Origin: Candidatus Moanibacter sp.
GTDB taxonomy: Bacteria > Verrucomicrobiota > Verrucomicrobiia > Opitutales > UBA2987
Reading direction: 5' to 3'
Length of the DNA: 64,000 nt
Assembly: GCA_965215885.1 (NCBI GenBank)
Contig: CBDCEW010000088.1
Location: 14,737-78,736, forward strand
Part shown: in pieces, positions 8,187 to 18,641 of the stretch
Numbering within the stretch: position 1 is the stretch's first letter
Layout: the number at the start of each line of letters is the position of its first letter
Notes under the pieces: generated by a model
The model's database searches: none
What the model was told of the DNA's origin: nothing
What the model saw: only the letters and a program-made list of their open reading frames with translations
Translations under genes and position numbers: made by a program

Positions 8187-9298
8187 TGTTCTTCGATCAT
8201 TCTTCGAACGACCGCTTTGAGATCACCTGTTTCCTTGAAAATGGCCATTTGCTTGTCTGCACCGGTCGGTGATTGCACCATCTTTTCGATGAGCTTGAGT
8301 TCGTCAACACAGTCAAATCGGCGAGCATAATCGCCGAGCTCATCCGCCAGATAGGTAACGTGCTCACGCGCGGGAATCGGCTTATGGGTGACGGGGTCAA
8401 TCAACTTACCGTTCAAGCCGTAACGACATGCGGTCCATTTATTCTGCATGACCATGGTGGGATGAGTATCTCGCTGATAAACCCCTTCGTCGATATCATC
8501 GGAGAGTCTCCCCACGAGGCATTGAATGAGGGCAGTGAGTCCAAGCACTTCGTTGAGGCAGGAAGGCAGGTCGCAGATGCGGACTTCAATGGTTCCGAAT
8601 CTTGGGTGGGGCCGGACATCCCACCAGATTTCACGAATGCTGTTGATGAAGCCTGTCTGAATGGAGTGGTTTACGAGCCAACAGTATTCGCTGTAGTTAC
8701 GCAAGAATGGAGGCAGACCGGCAGCCGGCAATTGCTCCATAATTTTAGTCCGCTGGGAATGAAGGCCGGTATTGCGTCCGACCCAAAAGGGACTGTTTAC
8801 GGAAAGAGCCAGGAGAGTGGGGAGGTAACGCATTAGGCGATCCACAAGCATAACCGCCTTATCACCCGAATCCACGCCGACATGAACGTGCAAACTGAAA
8901 GTGACGATACGGCGTGCCGTATCTTGCATTTTTTCAACTAAGGAGAAGTAGCGATCGTTGGGAGTAATATCCTGATCAAACCAGTGAGAAAATGGATGCG
9001 TGGCCGACCAGAAGAGAAAGGTGTCAAGCTCCTCGGCCATCTCGCGCACGATACGGATTTTATCGGAGAGGTCCCTCCCTACATCGGCGACCGTTTCGCA
9101 GATCTCGGTATTGATCTCGAGGTAGCACTGCATGAGTTCGGGCTTGACGTAGGCGTGGTATTTCTTGGGTAGCCGCTCGAGAAGCTCGGTAATGATACTC
9201 TTTAAGGCGTAAGTTTCCTTGTCGACGAGTTGCAGCTCAAGCTCAACTCCGAGGGAGTGGCGGTCGTTTGTTGTAAAAGAAAGTTCTCCTTTACTCAT
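8183..9298 (-). CDS. ybdK: Carboxylate-amine ligase (YbdK / glutamate-cysteine ligase family 2)
   Basis: 371 aa. Contains LGVELELQLVD, HVHVGV, RFGTIEVRICD and MVMQNKW, characteristic of GCS2/YbdK. Confidence 0.85.
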   Translation of the reverse strand: MSKGELSFTTNDRHSLGVELELQLVDKETYALKSIITELLERLPKKYHAYVKPELMQCYLEINTEICETVADVGRDLSDKIRIVREMAEELDTFLFWSATHPFSHWFDQDITPNDRYFSLVEKMQDTARRIVTFSLHVHVGVDSGDKAVMLVDRLMRYLPTLLALSVNSPFWVGRNTGLHSQRTKIMEQLPAAGLPPFLRNYSEYCWLVNHSIQTGFINSIREIWWDVRPHPRFGTIEVRICDLPSCLNEVLGLTALIQCLVGRLSDDIDEGVYQRDTHPTMVMQNKWTACRYGLNGKLIDPVTHKPIPAREHVTYLADELGDYARRFDCVDELKLIEKMVQSPTGADKQMAIFKETGDLKAVVRRMIEEH

Positions 9299-10082
9299 TT
9301 CGGATCAGAATTTGGAGAGGTGTATGGCCAAATGCGCGAGTATCCTTGCGCCGATAAGGGGGGCATCTTCGTCGATATCGAATTCTGGAGAGTTAAGGTA
9401 GCGCCGCACCCCGCGAATCTCCTCAGCCATGCAGTCGAGAAAACGGCAGATTTCCTGGGAGAGCGGATTGGAGACCGATGCTTCCATTTACCAGTAGGAA
9501 AATCTGAGGCTTTGAAATGCCCTTCAATGCAGAACCTATCCTGATTAAACGCATCGTGAGAGCCGGTAGCAAACCGAAAAAATTCTATGTTCCTGACTCA
9601 TCAGCGATGCCCTTCATTGCTGCTCCTTCCCGCAGGAGGATCTCCCGAAGGGTTATCCGGGCGATTCTAATTGAGATCCGTTCTCATTATACATTTTTGT
9701 TAAATATATAATAAGAGAGCGCGGCTGATTTGGGGGGGGGAATTGGAGTAACGGCTGACGCCGTGTGGCAGACACCATCGCTCTGGATCGCAGGTATGAT
9801 AACGGTGCTCAGGGTACTGAGGGCATCATGGTTCTGTTATCGGTTTTCGGGTATAGAGAGAGGTGTTGTGGTCGTAGAACTGATGAGAAAGCTTCTTGGT
9901 CACATTTCAGCAGGAATCTGCCCGGCCTTTGGTCTATTCCGGGGCAATCTGGGCGGTCTCTATGGAGTTTCTGACTCTCCCTCCTCAAACTGACTTGACA
10001 ACGGAAACAATAAAAGTGTTCGTTCCGTTGCTCGAATGTTCTCGAATCGACATAACGTCACGGGCGAACCCGGCAACCCCTT

Positions 10083-10102
10083 AGTACTCGAATTCGAGTA
10101 CT
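10083..10102. promoter_or_regulatory. Perfect 20-bp palindrome 22 nt upstream of the pyrophosphatase start (candidate operator)
   Basis: agtactcgaattcgagtact equals its own reverse complement. Confidence 0.35.
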
Positions 10103-10124
10103 CGATGATTCCAAATCCAGAGTT

Positions 10125-12314
10125 ATGGAAACGATATTCTGGTTAGCTCCAATTTCCGCGGTAATAACCCTCGCGTTTGCCGGATTCTTTTTCCTGGGCA
10201 TGAAGCGGGAGGATCCAGGCAATGAGCGCATGGTGCAGATTGCTTCCCATGTTACCGCTGGGGCGCACGCCTACTTGCGCCAGCAATATAAGATCGTCCT
10301 GATCGTCTTTGTGTTTCTTTTTCTGGTATTTGGATTTCTTGCGTTTGGCCTGAAAGTGCAAAATCCTTTGGCGCCGGTGGCGTTTCTCACTGGCGGTTTT
10401 ATCTCGGGACTGGCCGGTTATTTCGGGATGAAGACAGCCACCCACGCCGCCAGTCGCACGGCCCAGGCTGCGAGCAATTCACTGGATCACGGTCTGCGTG
10501 TAGCGTTTCGAAGCGGAGCAGTGATGGGGTTGTCTGTGGTAGGGCTCGGGCTGCTCGCGATTTCGATTTGGTTTGTAGTTTTGAGTATGATCTATCCGGT
10601 GGGTGGCGAATCTGCGGGCGACAATCTGATTCTGATCACGACTACGCTCTTGAGTTATGGAATGGGAGCTTCCCTGCAGGCGCTTTTCGCCCGCGTGGGT
10701 GGCGGTATCTATACGAAGGCTGCGGATGTGGGAGCCGATCTTGTCGGTAAAGTGGAGGCGGGCATCCCCGAGGACGATCCGCGAAACGCCGCCGTGATTG
10801 CGGACAATGTTGGAGATTTCGTCGGTGATGTGGCGGGGATGGGGGCCGATCTCTTCGAGTCGTATTGTGGCTCCATCATCGCTACTGCCGCTCTCGGCGC
10901 AGCCGCGTTTGCGGCTCAACCCGAGATGCAGTTCAAAGCCGTGATCGCGCCGATGGTGGTGGCAGGTGCAGGTGCGCTCCTGTCTATACTTGGGGTATTT
11001 TTTGTTCGAGTGAAAGAAGGCGCCGACCAAAAGGCGCTTCTGCATTCCCTGGATCGTGGCATTAATATCAGTTCGATTTCGGTCATTGTCTGCTCCTACT
11101 TCATCATTCGTTACCTGGGTCTGGGGAATTCGGTGGGAATATGGGCGGCAGTGGTGATCGGTTTGGTCGTAGGTATCATCATCGGTAAGTCGACCGAGTA
11201 TTACACTTCGCATTCGTTCAGGCCGACGCAGAGTATTGCGGAGAGCTCGAAGACAGGTCCTGCTACCGTCATTATCTCCGGCATCGGCACGGGCATGATT
11301 TCGACCGTAATTCCAGTGGTGTCGGTAGCAGCCGGCATCGTGCTGGCATTTTTGTCTGCTTCGGGGGGATCTGGAAATATATCAATGGGGCTATACGGAA
11401 TCGGCTTTGCCGCTGTAGGGATGCTTTCGACGCTCGGCATTACGTTGGCAACGGATGCCTATGGTCCGATCGCGGACAATGCCGGGGGCAATGCCGAAAT
11501 GAGTGGACTGGATCCGCAGGTGAGGGATCGAACGGATGCGCTTGACGCTCTCGGAAACACGACCGCGGCAATCGGGAAAGGATTTGCCATCGGTTCTGCC
11601 GCTCTCACCGCGCTCGCACTATTGGCTTCGTATATCGAGCAGTTGAAGGTCGCGCTGAAGAAAACCGAAGAGACGCTCAAGATGCCAGACGGTCGGGAGG
11701 TAGCGATCGACAAGGCCTCCTACTATGACTTTATCGCCTACTTCGATATTACTCTCATTAATCCCATCGTGCTCGTAGGCATTTTCGTTGGATCGCTCCT
11801 GGCATTTCTTTTCTGCGGGTTGACGATGCAGGCGGTTGGTCGCGCGGCCTCTTCCATGGTGGAGGAAGTGCGGCGCCAATTCAGAGAGATTCCCGGGATA
11901 CTGGAGGGCAAAACCGAACCGGACTACGCCCGTTGCGTTGAGATTTCGACTCGCGGCGCCCAGCGCGAGATGCTCATGCCTTCAATGGTGGCGATCGGAA
12001 CTCCTGTTGTGATCGCGCTCCTCTTCGGTCCGGCCGGGGTGATTGGGCTTCTCACGGGTGGTCTCTGTTCGGGATTTGTGTTAGCTGTTTTCATGGCTAA
12101 CGCCGGCGGAGCGTGGGACAATGCCAAGAAATATATCGAGGAAGGGCATCTGGGTGGCAAGGGATCGGATGCGCATAAGGCGACCGTAATCGGCGATACG
12201 GTTGGGGATCCATTCAAGGACACCTCCGGACCGAGCCTCAATATCCTTATTAAACTCATGAGCATGGTATCGATCTCGATTGCAGGAGTCACGGTTGCTT
12301 ACAGTTTGATGTAG
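10125..12314 (+). CDS. hppA: Membrane-integral pyrophosphate-energised cation pump (K+-dependent-type signature)
   Basis: 729 aa with many TM segments. Contains [37 protein letters not shown] and [33 protein letters not shown] carries Ala rather than Lys at the published K+-dependence position. Confidence 0.95.
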   Translation: METIFWLAPISAVITLAFAGFFFLGMKREDPGNERMVQIASHVTAGAHAYLRQQYKIVLIVFVFLFLVFGFLAFGLKVQNPLAPVAFLTGGFISGLAGYFGMKTATHAASRTAQAASNSLDHGLRVAFRSGAVMGLSVVGLGLLAISIWFVVLSMIYPVGGESAGDNLILITTTLLSYGMGASLQALFARVGGGIYTKAADVGADLVGKVEAGIPEDDPRNAAVIADNVGDFVGDVAGMGADLFESYCGSIIATAALGAAAFAAQPEMQFKAVIAPMVVAGAGALLSILGVFFVRVKEGADQKALLHSLDRGINISSISVIVCSYFIIRYLGLGNSVGIWAAVVIGLVVGIIIGKSTEYYTSHSFRPTQSIAESSKTGPATVIISGIGTGMISTVIPVVSVAAGIVLAFLSASGGSGNISMGLYGIGFAAVGMLSTLGITLATDAYGPIADNAGGNAEMSGLDPQVRDRTDALDALGNTTAAIGKGFAIGSAALTALALLASYIEQLKVALKKTEETLKMPDGREVAIDKASYYDFIAYFDITLINPIVLVGIFVGSLLAFLFCGLTMQAVGRAASSMVEEVRRQFREIPGILEGKTEPDYARCVEISTRGAQREMLMPSMVAIGTPVVIALLFGPAGVIGLLTGGLCSGFVLAVFMANAGGAWDNAKKYIEEGHLGGKGSDAHKATVIGDTVGDPFKDTSGPSLNILIKLMSMVSISIAGVTVAYSLM

Positions 12315-12322
12315 AGGCTGAG

Positions 12323-12520
12323 ATGATATATAAACGCAGGGAATACTTTTCCGCCGGAACGGAGCAGGTTTGGGTTGTCGATCTAGAAAAGCAGGTGATC
12401 GAAGTGTTCTTTCCGGATTCGCGAAAGCTCATCGCCGGTTCCGGGGCGCTTGAAGGAGAGGGCATTGTCGCGGGCCTTACTCTGGACGTGGGTGCAGTTT
12501 TCAGGCCCCTGAAGCCCTGA
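12323..12520 (+). pseudogene. C-terminal remnant of a Uma2-family (DUF820) endonuclease gene
   Basis: The 65-aa ORF (REYFSAGTEQVWVVDLEKQVIEVF) matches only the C-terminal third of about 190-aa Uma2 proteins. The hppA stop lies 9 nt upstream, leaving no room for the N-terminal part. Confidence 0.55.
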
Positions 12521-12645
12521 GCTTTACACATATTGGGAACGACCTTGCGCGGGGCCTTCCCATTATAGTACATGGGTCCTCAGCGCCAATGCTGGTCATT
12601 CGTTCGCTGCTTCGCAATTTTGGCTGAGATCATCGGTGGAATGCC

Positions 12646-13881
12646 TTAAAATCTGCTAATGTCTCGGCCGAAGACAAGCGTCTTCAACCAGTCGAATAGG
12701 ACGAGGGTTTTGTTCTTCCAACTCACCAGCTTAGTAAGATAAGCAGAACGCCAGAAGAGCCAGGTCGGAAAGCCGTACCCCTTAACGCCCGGCGTATCCG
12801 CGAGAGCACGCTGACTGCCAATGTAGGCCAACATCCCGAGGTGTCGATACTTGAAAGGTTTGACTGCCTTTCCCCGCGCTTCGCGGTTCAGGAGCCGGGC
12901 GAGATATTTTCCCTCCTGCTGTGCCACTTGAGCGGTCGCGGGAAGCGATTCACCTTCCACGATTGCTCCATCCCCAATGGCATGGATGTTTCTTTGTCCC
13001 TTCAAGTTGAAATAATCGTCCGTGATGAGGCGCGATGCCCGATCTTTTGCAAAGGGGAGCTGCTTTACCAATGGAGTCGGAGCATTTCCGGTTGACCAGA
13101 CAATAAGCCCTGAGGGCAATGCGGAATCGTCGGTCAGGATGAGTTGCTCCGCTTCGATCGCCGTGACTGTTGTTCCCGTTCGCACATCGATTCCCTTGCG
13201 CCGAAAGAGCTTCAGGGCGTAGTCGCGGAGGACGGAATGAAAGGTGCCCAGAATCTGATCCTGGGCCTCTATAACCGTAATCTGCACTTCACGGGCGATG
13301 TCCGGATACCATCGGTACAAGTCCTGCCGAAGAAAGTCGTGCATCTCAGCGGCGAATTCGATACCAGTTGGCCCGCCGCCTACGACAACGAAATGGAGAA
13401 GCCTGCTGCGGTCCTTCTCCGGTAGACCCGGGGCACTCGCCCGCTCCAGGCATTCAATGATGCGCTGGCGGATGGCGCGCGCGTCGGAGAGCTGTCTTAA
13501 GAAGTATGCGTGTTCCCGTACGCCAGGCAGCCCGAACGTGTTACTCTCCGCGCCTACTGCAATAACAAGGCGATCATATTGCAGCTTAAATCGCTGTCCG
13601 TCCGAGGTGGCAGCACAGGATATCTCCCGCTGTTTGGAATCAATATCGATGCAGTTTGCTTCGTAGTAGTGGATTCCTTTTCGGGCAACTCGGATCGGCT
13701 CGATGATGCTGCGAAATTCAATTGTACCGACTGTGGTGCTGGGGAGGAGAGGTGTGAAAAGGAAGTGATTTCGAGGACTGACTACCACGATGTCGTAGTG
13801 GCGTATTTCAATCCTTTTGATAAGACTGAAAGCGGCGAATCCAGTTCCAAGGATTGTAAGATTGGAGCGTTGTGTAGGCAT
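12646..13881 (-). CDS. ndh: Type II NADH dehydrogenase (NDH-2)
   Basis: 411 aa. There are two dinucleotide-binding folds (ILGTGFAAFS and VVVGGGPTGIEFAAE) plus IHAIGDGA. Confidence 0.85.
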   Translation of the reverse strand: MPTQRSNLTILGTGFAAFSLIKRIEIRHYDIVVVSPRNHFLFTPLLPSTTVGTIEFRSIIEPIRVARKGIHYYEANCIDIDSKQREISCAATSDGQRFKLQYDRLVIAVGAESNTFGLPGVREHAYFLRQLSDARAIRQRIIECLERASAPGLPEKDRSRLLHFVVVGGGPTGIEFAAEMHDFLRQDLYRWYPDIAREVQITVIEAQDQILGTFHSVLRDYALKLFRRKGIDVRTGTTVTAIEAEQLILTDDSALPSGLIVWSTGNAPTPLVKQLPFAKDRASRLITDDYFNLKGQRNIHAIGDGAIVEGESLPATAQVAQQEGKYLARLLNREARGKAVKPFKYRHLGMLAYIGSQRALADTPGVKGYGFPTWLFWRSAYLTKLVSWKNKTLVLFDWLKTLVFGRDISRF

Positions 13882-13939
13882 CTTCGCTTCTGTGCACCTT
13901 TGCTAAGGAGTAAACGGCGCCGCCGGCATGCGAAAGATT

Positions 13940-15916
13940 TCAGCGGCCGTATTTCTCGAGATTCTGCGTCACTTGCCGGCCTATGAGGGGGTCGTTGCGG
14001 TAGGGTTCGAGAATATCGAGGGCGTCCGGATTGCTCTGCCACCTCTGAAGATTGTGGAGCGCAGTCCATTTGTCGGAAGTGTTCGGGCTTTGAATGAGGC
14101 CCTGAAGGACGGGGAGGACGTCATAGCTCTTCATCTCGGTGAGGGAACGGATGGCATTTTCACGGACTTTGGGAACGGGGTCGGATTTGGCGAGCTGAAG
14201 GAGGAGGGGCACAGCGCTTGAAACTTTGTAGCCGCCCAGACTAGAAGCGGCCCGCTCGCGTACATCTGGATCCTGATGCCGGCTGCCGAGGATGAATATC
14301 TCCTCGAAGCCATCATATTTGTGCCGTGCGGCTGTGTTGAGTGCCATTGCGGCTACGCGTCCTTCCGGCTCGTTGAGGAGGCGATCTTCACAGATTTTCC
14401 GGACGTCAAAAGATCGGAATTGATCGAGGCTACCGAGGGCTGAGAATCGAATATTAGCTTCCGAATGGTTGAGAGCGAGATTCCTGAGCGTCGTGAAGGC
14501 GAGTTCGCTGTCGGGATATTTCTTAATCTGGTAAATGGCGCGGTCGATCTCTCGAATGTTGTCAGACTTGGTTTTTTCGATCGCCTCGATGAGGAGGGGG
14601 TCGGGCGCGGCAATGAGCGTATCGGAGATTTTGCGAAGTACGGTTTGATGAGCCGCCAGGCTGTTCCAGCCGAGGGCACGCTGCCAGTAGTCGAAAAGGG
14701 CTTCTTTATTTTCACGGCGCTTCCCGGACTGTTCTTTAATCTGGTGCTCCATTCGGTTCCGAAAAAGTTTAATGAGATCGGCGTCCTTTTCGAAGGCTGC
14801 AAGGAGAGGGAATGACCTGGCGTCTTCCAATTTCAACAGGCGATAGGCGAGGAGGAATTGCACATGACGGTGTGTTTCCCGGCGCAATTGATGAAAGATT
14901 GACTCGGCGTTATTCACGACCTCCATGCCGATGAGATTTTTCAATGCGTCGAGGCGGATGTGCGGTTTGGGATGTTCTAACACATATCGCTTGAGCACCT
15001 CTTCGACCTCCGGCTCCACCTGGTATTTCAGCAGCGTTCGATTTCCCAGATGCGAACTGTAATTTGCCCCCGGATTATCGAAATCGACCTCCTTAAGAGC
15101 TTTAAGATACTCCTGGCGGGCAGAGGCAAGGAGGCGGAAGGAGGCAGGCTCGAGACCCATTTCGGTAAAGACTTTTGAGGCGGCTTTCAGCTCACCGTAT
15201 GAGGCGACCACGTGCTCGTGGCCGCTGGTCGGCGCCACGCTGTTCGCGACGGAGATATGAATACTCTTGAAATACCCGGGGAGAATGTCCTGAGAAAGCA
15301 TCCAGACTCCACTCTGCACAGAGCCCCAACTCAATTTTTTCTCCGACGCTTTCCTTACAAATAGGGCTATGAGATCTTCTGATCGGGCGGCGATGAACTG
15401 AAATTCATCATCTTGGGATGGACTTTTCAGTTTTTCGGAGTCAACCACCACAACCTCGATTCCAACGGGATAGTGTTCCTGCGGGTCTATCCTGGTCTCC
15501 ACCATCTTCCATACGTAATAGGTGGCAAGATTCGGATTATCGAGAGGAATGATCATTGTTCCTGCCCTAACGACGATTTCGATATACTTTTCAGCTTTCT
15601 CGAATCTGAGGACAAGCCTTTCGAAGCTGTAACCGTGGAGCCGATAGGCGGTCTCTTGGGCAAGTCGTTTGGCATCATCTGGTAGGATGAGAGTCTCAAA
15701 CTTCACGGTTTTCGGCACAGGAGCGGGAGAGGATTCGATGGTCGGCTCTTCTTTGGAAAGCGGAACCTCGGAAGCTTTGGGCCCCTCGGGTTTTTCGCTA
15801 TCTGCCTTGAACAGAGTCAGCAGTAACCAGACACCGACGCTTGCCGCAGCCAGGAAAACGATTGCGATAGCCGCAAGATCCCTGACAAGGTGCTTTCTAG
15901 TTTCGGAATCGGGCAT
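13940..15916 (-). CDS. Membrane-anchored HEAT/ARM-like repeat protein
   Basis: 658 aa. It has one N-terminal TM helix (LAAIAIVFLAAASVGVWLLLTLF). The C-terminal half carries HEAT-like repeats (DPDVRERAASSLG, DPVPKVRENAIRSL). Confidence 0.6.
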   Translation of the reverse strand: MPDSETRKHLVRDLAAIAIVFLAAASVGVWLLLTLFKADSEKPEGPKASEVPLSKEEPTIESSPAPVPKTVKFETLILPDDAKRLAQETAYRLHGYSFERLVLRFEKAEKYIEIVVRAGTMIIPLDNPNLATYYVWKMVETRIDPQEHYPVGIEVVVVDSEKLKSPSQDDEFQFIAARSEDLIALFVRKASEKKLSWGSVQSGVWMLSQDILPGYFKSIHISVANSVAPTSGHEHVVASYGELKAASKVFTEMGLEPASFRLLASARQEYLKALKEVDFDNPGANYSSHLGNRTLLKYQVEPEVEEVLKRYVLEHPKPHIRLDALKNLIGMEVVNNAESIFHQLRRETHRHVQFLLAYRLLKLEDARSFPLLAAFEKDADLIKLFRNRMEHQIKEQSGKRRENKEALFDYWQRALGWNSLAAHQTVLRKISDTLIAAPDPLLIEAIEKTKSDNIREIDRAIYQIKKYPDSELAFTTLRNLALNHSEANIRFSALGSLDQFRSFDVRKICEDRLLNEPEGRVAAMALNTAARHKYDGFEEIFILGSRHQDPDVRERAASSLGGYKVSSAVPLLLQLAKSDPVPKVRENAIRSLTEMKSYDVLPVLQGLIQSPNTSDKWTALHNLQRWQSNPDALDILEPYRNDPLIGRQVTQNLEKYGR

Positions 15917-15952
15917 ATTGGTCGTTAGTTTTCAAAGCCCGGAGTTCAGTGT

Positions 15953-18274
15953 TCAGGATGAGGCCGGAGCCTTAGAGAGGACTTCGCGATAGCGAGTGAT
16001 ACCTTTGCTTTCAGCGAATTTCGCGAGTTTATGGGCGAATTCCCGAACATGGGAATTCTTATGTTTAGCGCCCACCTCGATGAGGTTGACGAGCTCAGGT
16101 TGTTCCCAATTCCACCCTTCACGACTATTCCGTCTGTGGTAGAGTGTTCGGAGAATCACCAGGAGTAGATCCTGGTCCGCGGAATAGGTGTTCGACACTT
16201 CGTGGAGCCGCCGTATAATCGAGGTTCGTTCGTCTTTAAGGCTGAGAAGCTCCGTGATAGTCGATCGCTTTAATGATCTCTCACCGCGGCTGAGTTGATC
16301 CGAGCTCTTATTCTGCAAATCGCGAAGGACTTCTATGAGATATGCCTGCGCCTCGTCCGGTTTTACGTCTTTTATTTCGTCCACGAGCTCAGACTCGATT
16401 TTGATCTGATATTCAGGTGGCAGTCCAACCCTCTTAATTTGTAGAAGAGCGTGCCATGGTTCGGGACGATGGGAGGATTTGATAAGTGAACCGAGTGCAT
16501 TTTCTCTCAGTTTGGGGTGTCCAGTCTGGAGAACGCCTTCCCTGAGAATAGCGATCTCCTTTTCACTAATCTCGTCACGGTCGAAAGTGTACTTCCGCAG
16601 CATCGCTTCGCGAATTTTAGGATTGGCCGAATCATAGTGTTCTAAAACGGCCTTCCTGGCGAGGTTCGGCGCTCTCCCTTGCAAACTCAAGACGGTTTCG
16701 CGAGCGACAGCTACATCGCGATCGAGCACCCAGCCAAGGTAGTCGTCGAGTTTTTCTTCGGGAGTCTGTGAGAGTATGAATTCGGCGATTTGAGGTCGAT
16801 TCGGCTCTCTCGGATTGGTGGCGATTTTCGTCAATTCAAGACGAAGGGTGTCGTCTACGAGGTGACCCCGCAGTGCGCGGAGAGCCTTGGATTTGAAGTC
16901 GGGGTTGGTCACGCGAATGAATTCCAGGATCGGTTCGTAGTCGCCGTACCAGGGATTCATAGCGAGCGCTTCCAGAATCCTGCGCTGGCTGCTCGTGGAA
17001 GCACGAGGGAGAGAATTGGTAATCCAATCTGCGAATTGCTCATGGTTTCCCTCGATAAGAAGGCTCTGCAAGGCTCCCCACACGATTAGGCTTTTCGCCC
17101 CTATCGCTTCGTCCACTTGTCCGACAAACTCATCCGGTGCGACGTATGCGAGCACCCTTGCCGTTCTTTCGTCAAATCGGCCGCTACTATTGAGGATAGT
17201 GAGATTGTCATGGGGCTGTCCCGGGAAGAGTTCGAAATCGGGGAGGGAGGCGAAACCTTCCTTAATCGCATCAATAAGAAGGCGGCGATTCTTCTCTTTT
17301 AGCCTGTCGGCTTTATCGGGAGATTTTCCCACCTTTTCTTTTACCCAAAGTGTTTCCGGAACAGGAGTTTTTGCTTCCATCAGCGAGAGGTTATCCCATG
17401 AGGTCGGCACCTCCTTGGTTCCTTCTATCTGAAATGAGACGTTGACGGACTCGGGAATGGAAGGTGGCGCCCTCCTCTTGAATTCGTTGTGTTCAAAGCT
17501 GTAGTTTGCAGTCTCCTCGTTAACACGAACTGTGAGTTTTTTCCAAGTGGCCGTGGATTCGAGGCGCCCAATGCTCGAGCCGAATCTTAACTCAAAGCGT
17601 GATTGGGTGTTCCAATTCTTTTCCAGCGCTGATCTTACCAGTTGGTTATATTCCGAAGAGGCGGGGGCCAGGATGCTCACCCTGAACCATTGCTTCGCCA
17701 AAGGTGCTCGGGCCATTTCAATAATCGGCTTAAGCTTCGTGTATTCCTTAGCGAGAGGACTGAAGACCCGATCATTGTAGGTGCGCACAAAATTTTCGGC
17801 CTCCTCTACTGGCAGTTGTCCTGTTTTCAGCTTTTCGGCCACCCAGGTGAGTTCACTCATCAGGACTTCAAGGAAGATTTTGTCCTGTCCCTCTTTCCAT
17901 CCTCTCAAGGAGGTGCCGGACTCGACTTCGCGATTTCCGAAGCGATCGTGGTATGTAGCGATAGCTTCTCGCCCCTGTCTGTATAGCTTTGCGGCGGTTT
18001 CCCGGTCATGATTCTGGAGAGATTGAATTGCCTGGCTCCATTGGACCACGGCCTCTTCCATCGCCTTGATTACTTTCTCGTCGTTCCAGGCCGGTCCATC
18101 CAAGGTGTAGTCCTCGAAGGCCCGCTCGGTCTCCTGCTTCATGTATTTGTAGAATAGAAAGTAGGCCACAAAGGTTAAAGCGATGAAGGTGAAAACGTAT
18201 TTTTTCGTGTCGATCATGATGGGAATTGATTCGAAGTAGAAGACTACTGCGATGCCTTCTTTCGCCGCAACCAA
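15953..18274 (-). CDS. Membrane-anchored alpha-helical repeat protein (HEAT-like)
   Basis: 773 aa with an N-terminal TM helix (YVFTFIALTFVAYFLFY). A more likely start is the Met at 18217. The remainder is helical-repeat rich (NPKIREAMLR, HPKLRENALGSL, NSHVREFAHKL). Confidence 0.5.
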   Translation of the reverse strand: MVAAKEGIAVVFYFESIPIMIDTKKYVFTFIALTFVAYFLFYKYMKQETERAFEDYTLDGPAWNDEKVIKAMEEAVVQWSQAIQSLQNHDRETAAKLYRQGREAIATYHDRFGNREVESGTSLRGWKEGQDKIFLEVLMSELTWVAEKLKTGQLPVEEAENFVRTYNDRVFSPLAKEYTKLKPIIEMARAPLAKQWFRVSILAPASSEYNQLVRSALEKNWNTQSRFELRFGSSIGRLESTATWKKLTVRVNEETANYSFEHNEFKRRAPPSIPESVNVSFQIEGTKEVPTSWDNLSLMEAKTPVPETLWVKEKVGKSPDKADRLKEKNRRLLIDAIKEGFASLPDFELFPGQPHDNLTILNSSGRFDERTARVLAYVAPDEFVGQVDEAIGAKSLIVWGALQSLLIEGNHEQFADWITNSLPRASTSSQRRILEALAMNPWYGDYEPILEFIRVTNPDFKSKALRALRGHLVDDTLRLELTKIATNPREPNRPQIAEFILSQTPEEKLDDYLGWVLDRDVAVARETVLSLQGRAPNLARKAVLEHYDSANPKIREAMLRKYTFDRDEISEKEIAILREGVLQTGHPKLRENALGSLIKSSHRPEPWHALLQIKRVGLPPEYQIKIESELVDEIKDVKPDEAQAYLIEVLRDLQNKSSDQLSRGERSLKRSTITELLSLKDERTSIIRRLHEVSNTYSADQDLLLVILRTLYHRRNSREGWNWEQPELVNLIEVGAKHKNSHVREFAHKLAKFAESKGITRYREVLSKAPASS

Positions 18275-18413
18275 AGAGTTTGGAGCGAGAAAAGAGTTCA
18301 GGTTTCAGAGTTCGGAGTTTAGGGGATAGAACATCCATTCTGCCGTACAGAAGTGCTTGGGCGAGACAGGATGGAAGGGTGGAACCCACCGTGGCGTTGG
18401 GTAGGGCAGCTAC

Positions 18414-18566
18414 GGAATCAGTTCGAATACCCGCGAGGGATGTAGGAGCGAGTTTACCTCGCGATGGGACATGGTGGTAGGGATCGCGGCATAAAGCCGC
18501 TCCTACAACCTGGCGGTCGTCGATGCGGCCAAACGTCTGCGATGAGGATTGGGTGGGTATCCGTTC
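18414..18566. repeat. Dispersed repeat family E (..GTAGGAGC..hairpin..CTCCTACAACCTGGCGG..GATGAGGATTGGGTGG)
   Basis: It aligns by eye with 29483-29644. Partial copies lie at about 60395-60470 and 60820-60895. Confidence 0.7.
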
Positions 18567-18641
18567 GCAGGTTGTAGTCGATGGTGGACTTATTGGAGAT
18601 TCGTCAAGTTGTTTACGGCGAACCCGTCGTTACGATTACGA

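Noticed and set aside
9305-9487. 60-aa ORF 6 nt upstream of ybdK on the same strand
   Set aside because: No motif or recognisable RBS was seen. It may be real but cannot be supported from sequence alone.
9880-9887. CUGAUGAG, the hammerhead-ribozyme core-like octamer, in the hppA leader
   Set aside because: The following bases (aaagcttcttgg) cannot form stem II, and no GAAA plus stem III arrangement follows.
9730-10082. Possible riboswitch or small RNA upstream of hppA, and small ORFs at 9730-9993
   Set aside because: I could not match it to any known RNA motif by eye, and the ORFs have no coding-like features. It is kept only as an open question in the leader finding.
10479-11213. 244-aa ORF on the minus strand
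   Set aside because: It lies entirely antisense to the confidently identified pyrophosphatase gene. Its composition is Arg/His-rich and typical of an antisense frame.
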